Source: a virus
Taxonomy: Duplodnaviria > Caudoviricetes
Direction: 5' to 3' (one strand)
Virus record (IMG/VR): IMGVR_UViG_3300007734_000735
Coordinates: 1 to 60,849 of that record
DNA: 60,849 nucleotides
Shown here: piece after piece, positions 19,168 to 27,987 of the stretch
How the letters are laid out: every line of letters starts with the position of its first letter
Numbering within the stretch: position 1 is the stretch's first letter
Notes under the pieces: generated by a model
The model's database searches: none
Told to the model about the DNA's origin: nothing
What the model saw: only the letters and a program-made list of their open reading frames with translations
Translations under genes and position numbers: made by a program

Positions 19168-21375
19168 ATGGCGGATATAGCCCCAAAGTTAATTTCTTTA
19201 AGCGTTGAGAAACTACTCGCGCTTCATGAGCGTATTCATAAGTCTGAAGCCTCTTCAGCAACAATCGAGGTTCACCACACAATTCTCAATGAGTTGGCTC
19301 GTCGCAAGATGGAGGCTCCCAAAGATAATTGGGACGACTTTGAAATTCTTGTTGATTCCATTAACGATGTAGACCTGACATCCTTTGGCTCATCCTTGCC
19401 AGCCGAAATGGTTGCAGAAGTTATTAAATCTAGCGGTAGCAATGTCGGCAATGTGCAGACTTTCCTCACCTCGCAAGGTTATGAAATGCGAATTGAGCCG
19501 ATTGAACTAGACCCTATCGAGAAGATGATTCGCGAAGAAGATGGCGAGTTCACAGTTTATGATTCAACGGGACGACGCAGATTTGGCACTTATCCATCAA
19601 AGAAAAAGGCTGAAGAGCGCCTTGCACAAATTGAAAGATTTTCTAAAGCAGATAACACTCCACCCAAGGCAGTTCGCTCCGCCGCTCGTCGCGCACTTGA
19701 TTGGATTGGCGAAGGTAAGGCTGGTGGAGGATTTACTTCAGTTGGTCGCGCCCGCGCATCGCAGTTGGCTTCAGGAGAATCTGTCTCGTTAGAAACTCTC
19801 AAGCGAATGAAATCTTTTTTCTCACGCCATGAAGTAGATAAGAACGCGCTTGGATTTAGCCAAGGAGAAAAGGGTTATCCATCTCCAGGTCGCGTTGCTT
19901 GGGATGCTTGGGGCGGAGATGCAGGATTCGCATGGGCTGAGTCCATGGTTGCTCGCGCCGAAAGAGAAGAAGAAGTTGCAAAACATAATCCTGGCAAACA
20001 CGACCAAAAAACTCATGGCTCTTGGGCTGATGGCATTGCAGATGCAATCAACAACGGCGAACACCCAATGGTTGAAAAAGAAAATGTTTCGGCGTTTCTA
20101 CTTAAAGCATCAACCCGCACAGACCACCCTGACTTAACTGAATTGAGCATTGAAGGAACATTGCTCTACGGCGATGAAGGTATGGGAATTGCCCGTAAGG
20201 ACATGCCGCAAATTCCTGGCAAAGAACGCGCTCGTTTCTTAGAAGAGATTGAAAAGAGCGATGGCATTACAGTTGAAAAAGAGAAGGTAGACCCAACAAC
20301 CTTAAAACCAATTCAAAAAGAAATCTCTGCCGCTCGCTCAGGTGCTATCTATAAGAAGTTTCAAGAGGATGGCGAGATTCCAAAGAACGAACGCATACTT
20401 ATTTCTAAAGATGGTTTTGTAATCGATGGACACCATACATGGGGCGCCGCGGTTGCTTTTGCTTTTGATAATCCTGGAACTGAGTTGCCTGTCTATCGTT
20501 TATCTGTCACAGCAAAAGAAGCGTTAGCCATCTCATCAAAGTGGTCGAAGGATAATGGTTTTGAGGGTCAAGCAATTGACGCGAAAGAGCCAGCCAAGAA
20601 AAACCTCACATGGCAAACACTTACAAAGCATGGAAATCATGACCAGCGCACCCATGGCTCATGGGCGAATAACATGGTTTCAGACATTGAACCTGAGCAG
20701 GGACAATCAAAAGAAGCCATTGCACTTGCTCGCGCAGTTCGAGAAAAAGCAGTTGCGGCTGAGCCAGTAATCACAAAATTAGTTGAAGGTATTGCAGAGC
20801 AATCAGGTGCAAAACTTGAAGGTCTTTCACAACGCATTAAATCAACAGATTCTCTTGCACGAAAGATTGACCAAGATGCCGAGCAGGGATACCAAGGAGA
20901 TAGAAAGAAAGCGGCTGAAGAAATCTCTGATGCAAACCGTTACACAATCTCAGTCAATGACACAGATTATTTAGATACACTAAATTCTGCTGTTACTGCA
21001 TTTGAGGCAACTGGGTGGAAAGTCCGAGTTAAAAACTTTTGGCAGTCAGGCGACCCTTACGATGGTGTGAACATCAAGGCAGAGCGTGATGGCATTAAAG
21101 TTGAGTTGCAGGTACACACTCCAAAGTCATACCAAACCAAAGAAAAAGCCCTTCACGACATTTACAAGGAATACAGAAAATCTATCGATGATGCAGTCCG
21201 TCGTAGCAATTGGGACAAGATGGTAAGCATTGCTAAGCGGGTTCCTCGCCCAGCCAATTACGCTACCGTTCTTGGAATTGGTTCATTAGTTATTCAGCAA
21301 TTTGAGACCGCTCAACAGGCTGGCTTGATAAAATCAACTGGGGTTGGTAAACTATCCCATGAGGGGAGGGCATAA
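19168..21375 (+). CDS. Tagged polyprotein 3: small head-associated domains, ParB/Srx-like domain, RelA/SpoT small alarmone synthetase
   Basis: Tags at 19981, 20626; VIDGHHTW; RIKSTDSLARKI..DANRY..YDGVN..VELQVHT..H. Confidence 0.8.
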   Translation: MADIAPKLISLSVEKLLALHERIHKSEASSATIEVHHTILNELARRKMEAPKDNWDDFEILVDSINDVDLTSFGSSLPAEMVAEVIKSSGSNVGNVQTFLTSQGYEMRIEPIELDPIEKMIREEDGEFTVYDSTGRRRFGTYPSKKKAEERLAQIERFSKADNTPPKAVRSAARRALDWIGEGKAGGGFTSVGRARASQLASGESVSLETLKRMKSFFSRHEVDKNALGFSQGEKGYPSPGRVAWDAWGGDAGFAWAESMVARAEREEEVAKHNPGKHDQKTHGSWADGIADAINNGEHPMVEKENVSAFLLKASTRTDHPDLTELSIEGTLLYGDEGMGIARKDMPQIPGKERARFLEEIEKSDGITVEKEKVDPTTLKPIQKEISAARSGAIYKKFQEDGEIPKNERILISKDGFVIDGHHTWGAAVAFAFDNPGTELPVYRLSVTAKEALAISSKWSKDNGFEGQAIDAKEPAKKNLTWQTLTKHGNHDQRTHGSWANNMVSDIEPEQGQSKEAIALARAVREKAVAAEPVITKLVEGIAEQSGAKLEGLSQRIKSTDSLARKIDQDAEQGYQGDRKKAAEEISDANRYTISVNDTDYLDTLNSAVTAFEATGWKVRVKNFWQSGDPYDGVNIKAERDGIKVELQVHTPKSYQTKEKALHDIYKEYRKSIDDAVRRSNWDKMVSIAKRVPRPANYATVLGIGSLVIQQFETAQQAGLIKSTGVGKLSHEGRA

Positions 21376-22081
21376 TAAATTGCGATACTTTGTAAACTTT
21401 TACCGTAATAAGCCACATACTCTATGGCGTTTTGATGTTGAGCCTGACCGTGTTCTCGAAGAGCGCTGGGATGGCTTGTCATGGACTCCCACGACCTACA
21501 TCGCCGAGTACCTCATAGATGGCGAAGCAAACATTGATGAGATTACTCCTGAGTTGGCTATGAAAACTTTTCCAGTTGCTTTCAATGATGTTGCTAAATC
21601 TATTGGCGCTTATGAAGTTTCTAAGGCTGAGGGCGAGAAGCGATACACACTAGGGGCTATGTACATCCCTGACCGCCTTGATGCACACAATGAGTGGACA
21701 GATGCCGAGGAGTTGCAAAGAGCAGTTTGGGATTATGTCCGCAGTAATGACCGCCGTATTCGACTACAACACAATCGCGAAATTGTTGCAGGTGAATGGG
21801 TTGAAGTTATGTCATTCCCATACGAATTAACAGTTCCAATTACAACCCCAAGTGGAATTATGGTCAATCACACTTATCCTGCGAACACGGTTTTCCTTGG
21901 TGTTATTTGGGAGGAATGGGCATGGGAGAAGATTCAACGCGGAGAGATTCTTGGCTATTCAATTGGTGGACGAGCAGAGCGCCTATATGTGGACATGGAA
22001 AAGAACGACCCAACTGTTACCGATGTGCATGTTGATACAATTATGAAACCATCGAAAAAGAAGCCAAAGGAAGCCAAATGA
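21359..22081 (+). CDS. XkdF-like prohead serine protease with extra N-terminal domain
   Basis: YIPDRLDAH..EELQRA..LQH..WEKIQRGEILGYSIGG; start uncertain (ATG 21359 or TTG 21380). Confidence 0.8.
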   Translation: MRGGHNKLRYFVNFYRNKPHTLWRFDVEPDRVLEERWDGLSWTPTTYIAEYLIDGEANIDEITPELAMKTFPVAFNDVAKSIGAYEVSKAEGEKRYTLGAMYIPDRLDAHNEWTDAEELQRAVWDYVRSNDRRIRLQHNREIVAGEWVEVMSFPYELTVPITTPSGIMVNHTYPANTVFLGVIWEEWAWEKIQRGEILGYSIGGRAERLYVDMEKNDPTVTDVHVDTIMKPSKKKPKEAK

Positions 22082-22482
22082 AAGACAAAAAGATTCTCAA
22101 AGAACTCCGCAATGGTCCTATGAAAAACATGAAGGACGAGGAGTACGCCATGATTGAAGAAGAAGTCAATCAAAAGGGAATCAAAGGTCTTAAAGGTTAC
22201 GCCAAGTCAATGATTGAAAAGGCTATGCGAGATATGGCTTATTCAATGAAAAAGGCTCTTTCTGTTTCAACAGGTGACATGGTTTCTTGGAATTCATCAG
22301 GTGGCATGGCTACAGGCAAGATTGTCCGTATTGTGCGTGAGGGCAAAATCAATGTTCCTGATTCAAGTTTTGAGATTGAAGGAACCGAAGATGACCCAGC
22401 CGCTTTGATTCAGTTGTACCGCGATGGCAAGCCAACTGAGACAAAAGTTGGACATAAGGTTTCAACACTAAAAAAAGCCTAA
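22078..22482 (+). CDS. Tudor/SH3-like (DUF2945-type) head-region protein; -1 frame extension to 22715
   Basis: GDMVSWNSSGG..GKI..GTEDDPA..VGHK.STL. Confidence 0.7.
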   Translation: MKDKKILKELRNGPMKNMKDEEYAMIEEEVNQKGIKGLKGYAKSMIEKAMRDMAYSMKKALSVSTGDMVSWNSSGGMATGKIVRIVREGKINVPDSSFEIEGTEDDPAALIQLYRDGKPTETKVGHKVSTLKKA

Positions 22483-22711
22483 GCCTAGACAAACATCTAG
22501 GCACCGTTCACGACCAAAAAACTCACGGTGGAAAATACAACACCGATGATGCTGAGGGTGAGGATAGTTCTGAACCAAAGAACTTCAGGGGCAAAAAGCC
22601 AAAGGTAAGTTACGACGAAAACGACACAGACGGTGAGTTCGACAATAACGCCGATGACCCAAAATGGATGGATGACATGGACATCTTGAGACCACCTGCT
22701 AGAAACAAGCG

Positions 22712-22975
22712 ATGAAAACAATTATTGATAGCACAATTGAGATTCTGAGTTCAATGAATCTCAAGGCAAATAAGGTCACAACGCCTCCTGGCTATGCAGG
22801 AATTCAAATTGATTTACCCAACGACTCCCAAGCCTTTTTTGTGTGGAGCAAAATGGATGACGATGACTTCCATTTCAGGACAGCGCGTTTTTGGGCAAAC
22901 GACAATCCTTTTTCAATGTGGATTTGTCCAAACTTGCCCGAGGCTCTAGCCCAAACGAGGGTTTTAATAAACTAA
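22712..22975 (+). CDS. Hypothetical protein
   Basis: 87 aa; ATGA overlap with the frameshift-extension stop. Confidence 0.65.
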   Translation: MKTIIDSTIEILSSMNLKANKVTTPPGYAGIQIDLPNDSQAFFVWSKMDDDDFHFRTARFWANDNPFSMWICPNLPEALAQTRVLIN

Positions 22976-23078
22976 CAAAAGGGTCAAATTACGCTTGTGG
23001 TATTCTTCGTATGTTTAGACCCGATGTAATTTCTTAGCGCGTTGCTAAGGGACTATATCTATTTCGTTAGGAGTCACA

Positions 23079-23876
23079 TTGGCTGGTCGTACTCGTAAGA
23101 TGGTGAATTTAGCCATCGAGGAAACTAGCGGGGTAGACCATCCCGCTCATCTACACGAAGGTTGGCTTGTAATGAAGTCAGCCGAAGAATCTGAAGTTCA
23201 GAGGGTTTTAGACGAATCGCTCACCGAGGAGGACTCCACAATGGAGGATACATCTACCACGGCTACTGAAGAGCAGGTTGTAAATCCTACTGAGGAACTA
23301 ACCATCGCTAAGGCTCGCATCTCTGAACTTGAAGAGGCATTAGCCAAGGCTTCTGCGGACGCTGAAATGTCCGAAGAAGATAAGAAAAAGAAAAAGATGG
23401 AAGAGGAATCCTCTGAGGAGATGGACTACATGAAGTCCGCACCTGAGTCAGTCGTCAAAATGATTGAGAACTTCCGCAAGCAAGCAGAAGAAGCAACCGC
23501 AGAACTTAAAAAAGAACGCGATGCTCATGCTGATGCAGAAGCAGTTGAAAAAGCAAAGAGTTGGGCAAACCTCAATCTCGATGCAGAAAAAGTTGGTCCA
23601 GCACTACGCCGTCTATCAAATGTAGACGCAGAACTAGCAAAGTCAGTTGAAGAACTACTTGCTTCAGTCAATGCACAGGCTGAATCAGCACAAATTTTTG
23701 CGGAAATCGGCAAATCCGCAGACTTCAAATCAGGAAATGCTTATGAGCGTATGACTACGCTTGCTAAGTCAGCCGTTGAAGAGGGTGTAGCAAAGTCATT
23801 CGAGCAAGCGCTCGCTGATGTTGCTACAAAGAACCCTGACCTTTACAGCCAATACCTATCCGAGAAAGGTGCCTAA
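23079..23876 (+). CDS. Capsid scaffolding protein
   Basis: EETSGVDHPA..LVMKS start, acidic coiled coil, C-terminal NPDLY; upstream of capsid genes. Confidence 0.75.
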   Translation: MAGRTRKMVNLAIEETSGVDHPAHLHEGWLVMKSAEESEVQRVLDESLTEEDSTMEDTSTTATEEQVVNPTEELTIAKARISELEEALAKASADAEMSEEDKKKKKMEEESSEEMDYMKSAPESVVKMIENFRKQAEEATAELKKERDAHADAEAVEKAKSWANLNLDAEKVGPALRRLSNVDAELAKSVEELLASVNAQAESAQIFAEIGKSADFKSGNAYERMTTLAKSAVEEGVAKSFEQALADVATKNPDLYSQYLSEKGA

Positions 23877-23879
23877 ACC

Positions 23880-24275
23880 ATGGCATACGAAATCTCCAAT
23901 TACTCGGTAAAGGTCACTCTCGTTGCAGCGGCAGACCTTTCCAGTAAGCAGTACACATTCGTCAAGTTGGATTCAGATGGCAAAGTTGCGGCTGCTTCAG
24001 GCGCAACTGACATCCCAATTGGCGTACTACAAAACGCTCCAACCGCAGGACAAGAAGCAGAAGTGCTTGTTGTTGGCGGTACAAAGGTTGTCGCTGGTGC
24101 GGCAATTGGCGAGGGCGCACTTGTTGGAACAGGTGCTACAGGCAAGGCAGTTGCTCTTGTTGCTGGTACAGATACCACCAAGTATGTTGTTGGAACACTT
24201 CTAACCGAATCTGCGGCAGATGGAAACATCGTCACAGCCGTCATCAACTGCGCTAATCCAGGCAGAGCGGCATAA
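23880..24275 (+). CDS. Capsid decoration/cement protein (DUF2190-like)
   Basis: Small Ala/Gly/Val-rich protein between scaffold and MCP. Confidence 0.75.
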   Translation: MAYEISNYSVKVTLVAAADLSSKQYTFVKLDSDGKVAAASGATDIPIGVLQNAPTAGQEAEVLVVGGTKVVAGAAIGEGALVGTGATGKAVALVAGTDTTKYVVGTLLTESAADGNIVTAVINCANPGRAA

Positions 24276-24290
24276 GGGGGAACATAACAA

Positions 24291-25268
24291 ATGCCACAGC
24301 CACACATTAACTCCGTCCATGTGGACGCAATTCTGACTAACATCTCAGTTGCATACCTACAAAATCAGGACAATTTCATTGCAGACAAAGTATTCCCAGT
24401 AATTCCTGTGGATAAGAAGTCTGACAAGTATTTCACTTACACCAAGAACGATTGGTTCCGCGATGAGGCTCAACGCCGTGCGCCTGGAACTGAATCTGCT
24501 GGTGGCGGATACAACCTATCAACAGGCACATACTCAGCAGATGTATGGGCTTTCCACAAGGATGTAGACGACCAAACAACTGCAAACGCAGACGCACCTT
24601 TGAACCCTCTTCGTGAGGCAACAGAGTTCGTAACTCGTCGCTTGATGCTCCGTCGTGAACTTCAGTTCGTAACTGATTTCTTCACAACAGGTGTATGGGC
24701 AGACGATGTAACTGGCGTCTCAGGCGCTCCATCTTCAGGTCAGACAAAGCAATGGTCAGACTACACAGCATCAGACCCAATTTCAGACATCGAAGCGGCA
24801 AAGGCTGAGATTCTTGGAAACACAGGTATGGAAGCAAACACTCTTGTTCTTGGATACGATGTATTCAAGTCACTCAAGAATCACCCTGACTTGGTAGACC
24901 GTATCAAGTACACATCGGCTCAGACAATTACAACAGACATGATTGCGGCAATGTTCGACATTCCTCGCGTCATGGTTGCTAAGGCTGTCAAGGCTACAAA
25001 CAACGAGGGTGCATCAGAGGCTTACGGCTTTGCTTATGGCAAAGGCGCACTTCTAACACATGTTGCTCCAAACCCAGGACTACTAACTCCTTCTGCTGGA
25101 TACACATTCTCATGGACTGGCGTATCAGGCGGACTTGGACAGACAATTGGAACATCACAGTTCCGTATGGAATCAATCAAGGCGGACCGTATCGAAGCAG
25201 AAATGGCTTTCGATAACAAGGTAATTGCATCTGACCTCGGTTATTTCTGGAACACAATCGTCGCTTAA
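24291..25268 (+). CDS. Major capsid protein
   Basis: LTNISVAY..FIADKVFP, W.D..SDPI.DI; followed by terminator. Confidence 0.88.
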   Translation: MPQPHINSVHVDAILTNISVAYLQNQDNFIADKVFPVIPVDKKSDKYFTYTKNDWFRDEAQRRAPGTESAGGGYNLSTGTYSADVWAFHKDVDDQTTANADAPLNPLREATEFVTRRLMLRRELQFVTDFFTTGVWADDVTGVSGAPSSGQTKQWSDYTASDPISDIEAAKAEILGNTGMEANTLVLGYDVFKSLKNHPDLVDRIKYTSAQTITTDMIAAMFDIPRVMVAKAVKATNNEGASEAYGFAYGKGALLTHVAPNPGLLTPSAGYTFSWTGVSGGLGQTIGTSQFRMESIKADRIEAEMAFDNKVIASDLGYFWNTIVA

Positions 25269-25278
25269 TTAAGTCGAT

Positions 25279-25316
25279 AGAAGGGGGGAGTCTTTGTGGC
25301 TCTCCCCTTCTTTCTT
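25279..25316 (+). terminator. Intrinsic terminator after MCP
   Basis: AGAAGGGGGGAG...CTCTCCCCTTCT hairpin plus T-rich tail. Confidence 0.7.
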
Positions 25317-25331
25317 AGAAAAGGAAAATAA

Positions 25332-25676
25332 ATGGCATTAGTAAACAGACTTTCCAAGGGCGAAGTAGCAGTTGGAGCATTACAGGTCGGAAGCAACGAC
25401 ACCGTTTACGGAATCGAATTCGGTACAGTTGAAATTGACCCCGCTTCAATCAACGCAACAACCCGTGGTGGAACAACCTTTACTTTGACAGGTGCGGCGA
25501 CAACCGACATCATCATCGTAAACCCACCATCAACTTTGAATGATGACTTGATTTTCTGCGGAGCCGCAGTTACAGCCGCAGATACAGTCACCGTTTATCT
25601 TTACAACCCAACCGCAGGTTCAATCAACCAAGCGGCGGCAACATTCTCATACTGCTGGATTGACACAACAGCGTAA
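25332..25676 (+). CDS. Virion structural protein
   Basis: Beta-rich 114 aa after MCP. Confidence 0.7.
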   Translation: MALVNRLSKGEVAVGALQVGSNDTVYGIEFGTVEIDPASINATTRGGTTFTLTGAATTDIIIVNPPSTLNDDLIFCGAAVTAADTVTVYLYNPTAGSINQAAATFSYCWIDTTA

Positions 25677-25677
25677 G

Positions 25678-25905
25678 ATGAAAGCACAAATTCTAAAAGC
25701 AATGATTTCTGACGGAAAATTGCTTCAAAGTGGTGACATCGTTGATGTCTCAGGTTGGCGTCATGCCAAAACTCTTGCAAGCAATCGTTACATCAAATTG
25801 ATTGACGAAACAGCAAAAGTTGAAAAACCAGCAGTTGAAGCAGTCATTGAAGAACCAGTTGTTGAAGAAAAACCAAAGATAAGTAAGAAAAAAGTCACAG
25901 AATAA
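25678..25905 (+). CDS. Small head-region protein
   Basis: MKAQILK...; GDIVD motif shared with 35215 ORF. Confidence 0.65.
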   Translation: MKAQILKAMISDGKLLQSGDIVDVSGWRHAKTLASNRYIKLIDETAKVEKPAVEAVIEEPVVEEKPKISKKKVTE

Positions 25906-25907
25906 TT

Positions 25908-25943
25908 GAAAGGGACGATTCGCTACAATGAGTCGTCCCTTTC
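25908..25943 (+). terminator. Hairpin, probable terminator
   Basis: GAAAGGGACGATT...AGTCGTCCCTTTC. Confidence 0.55.
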
Positions 25944-25960
25944 CATTCTAAGGAGTTTTT

Positions 25961-26233
25961 ATGTCGTTAGGTCATGAGAGAGTTTCTGTAGGCACAACTG
26001 CCACGCTACTTTCATCAAACTATGCTGGAAAAGATGGTCAAACCATCTCAGTACAGAATCCATCAGCAAGCGTTTCTGTGTATCTAGGCGGAGAAGGCGT
26101 GACTACAACAAGTTACGGCTATGTCCTTGGTACCAACTCAGACATGAGTATTGACCTTGCAGATGGAGAAAAACTTTACGGTGTAGTTGCTTCAAGCACT
26201 CTAACCGTAAATGTCTTGCGCCAAGGAGTTTAA
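25961..26233 (+). CDS. Virion structural protein
   Basis: AAGGAG RBS; beta-rich 90 aa. Confidence 0.7.
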   Translation: MSLGHERVSVGTTATLLSSNYAGKDGQTISVQNPSASVSVYLGGEGVTTTSYGYVLGTNSDMSIDLADGEKLYGVVASSTLTVNVLRQGV

Positions 26234-26235
26234 TC

Positions 26236-26781
26236 ATGGCGTTGCCGTCATCCTTATCAACAGCCACAATTGTTGGCACCTATGTTGATTTAATCGGCAA
26301 CCCAGTTCGCGGTTCTTTGACCTTTGCTCCTCAGACAATACTCAAAGAGACAACCCAAAACATTATTATTATGCCAGTTCACATTGTTAAGACTCTCGAT
26401 GCAACTGGCTCCTTTACTATTACCTTGCCAGTCACAAGCGATACCGATGTGGCTCCACAGCCATTCATTTATGACCTCACGGAGAATTTCTCGGGCGGAC
26501 GCGAGTTGCAAATTGCACTTCCCCTCTCAGTTGCAGGAACCACACAAAACCTTGCAGACCTGCTTCCAGCAGTCGATAGCGCTACAGCGGCGTCTTATGT
26601 CACTACTGACCAGTATCAGGCTCTATTAGCCCGTTACACCGATGCTGAGGGCATCCGAGTGATTGTGGTAGATGCTGAGGATTATGAGGCTAATGCTTTG
26701 GCTTATGCAACAGCAACAACTACAGCAGCAACTGAAATTGCATCTTTTACAGTCAAATCCTTATTGTTGATGGGAGTCTAA
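26236..26781 (+). CDS. Virion structural protein, paralog of 26980
   Basis: Shared GTYVD..G...G.F..TLP.T.D.DV.P.PF.YD..E.F.GGR. Confidence 0.75.
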   Translation: MALPSSLSTATIVGTYVDLIGNPVRGSLTFAPQTILKETTQNIIIMPVHIVKTLDATGSFTITLPVTSDTDVAPQPFIYDLTENFSGGRELQIALPLSVAGTTQNLADLLPAVDSATAASYVTTDQYQALLARYTDAEGIRVIVVDAEDYEANALAYATATTTAATEIASFTVKSLLLMGV

Positions 26782-26782
26782 A

Positions 26783-26980
26783 ATGGCAGAGCCGTATGTA
26801 CCTATTGCTGATTTGACAACCTATAGCGCTTTATTGACTGAGTTGGAAGTTGCTACAGATGGCGCAGAGACAAATGCAGATAACCTTGATGCAGCACAGA
26901 CTTCAGCGCTTGCGTCAAAAAACACGGCTGAGTCTGCTCTTGCTCAAAAGTTTAATTTATTCTTGTTAGTAGGTGCGTAA
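26783..26980 (+). CDS. Small structural protein
   Basis: 65 aa; ends LFLLVGA. Confidence 0.65.
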   Translation: MAEPYVPIADLTTYSALLTELEVATDGAETNADNLDAAQTSALASKNTAESALAQKFNLFLLVGA

Positions 26981-27657
26981 TGGCTCTTGGTGCAAATCTA
27001 ACCACGGTTACAATTACTGGCACTTATGTTGATTACGAAGGAACTGCCATTGCTGGTCAGATTCGCTTTAGCACATCAGAGGTTCTACGCAATGGAACAG
27101 ATGACCAAATGGTTGCACCTTCAGTTGTAGTTGTCCCTTTGGTCAGCGGGTCTTTTTCTGTTACTTTGCCAGCCACAAACGACCCTGATGTAGTACCAAA
27201 CCCTTTCCTTTATGATGTTGAAGAGTCTTTTGCTGGGGGTCGCTCATACACAATTAGCATCCCTTATGACAGCGCTGGGTCTTTAGATTTAGCAGACATC
27301 AGCCCTAACCCAAGTTTAGATACAACCTATGTTCAGTTGATTGACCAAACCACTTGGAATACTCTTGAAACAAACATTGATACTTTAGACACTCAAATCA
27401 ATCAAACAACAGACAAGATTCTTGCTTCAGGCAAATACTGGTACATCCCATCTCAATACGCAACTTACACAGCCCTTGATACGGCTTTTGCGACATACAC
27501 CGCTCTCACAGCGGCGTCTTATGAGTTGGATGGCTCAGACATCGCAACCTTTACATCATCGGCGCAAGGTTATGCCTCAACAGCATCGGCAAGTGCCACC
27601 ACAGCCACAAATAACGCATCCGCTACAATAAACCCATTGCTTCTCATCGGAGGATAA
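26980..27657 (+). CDS. Virion structural protein, paralog of 26236
   Basis: See 26236; ends PLLLIGG. Confidence 0.75.
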   Translation: MALGANLTTVTITGTYVDYEGTAIAGQIRFSTSEVLRNGTDDQMVAPSVVVVPLVSGSFSVTLPATNDPDVVPNPFLYDVEESFAGGRSYTISIPYDSAGSLDLADISPNPSLDTTYVQLIDQTTWNTLETNIDTLDTQINQTTDKILASGKYWYIPSQYATYTALDTAFATYTALTAASYELDGSDIATFTSSAQGYASTASASATTATNNASATINPLLLIGG

Positions 27658-27660
27658 CGC

Positions 27661-27987
27661 ATGGCAACAACCTATAAGGTGCTTGGGCAGTCCAAGCCAT
27701 CGGCAACTACGGCAACAACGCTGTATACTTGCCCATCAGCAACTCAAACTGTTATTTCTAGTTTGGTCGTAGCGAATCAGGGTTCAAGTGGTACTTTCCG
27801 TATCGCTATCCGTCCTAACGGAGCCTCTCTTTCAGGCGAACACTACATCGCCTATGACGCACCAATTGGCGCAAACTCTTTTATTTCGCTCACCCTTGGT
27901 TTAACAATTGATGCCTCTGATGTCGTAACTATTTACGCATCAAGCGCTGATATGTCCTTCAATGCTTTTGGAAGCGAGATTGCATAA
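27661..27987 (+). CDS. Virion structural protein
   Basis: MATTYKVLGQ..LYTCP..FGSEI. Confidence 0.7.
   Translation: MATTYKVLGQSKPSATTATTLYTCPSATQTVISSLVVANQGSSGTFRIAIRPNGASLSGEHYIAYDAPIGANSFISLTLGLTIDASDVVTIYASSADMSFNAFGSEIA

Noticed and set aside
12473-22535. Tag repeats as a CRISPR array or DGR template/variable repeats
   Set aside because: Spacing is irregular (0.5-2 kb), conservation is at protein level with synonymous variation, and no cas or reverse transcriptase gene is seen
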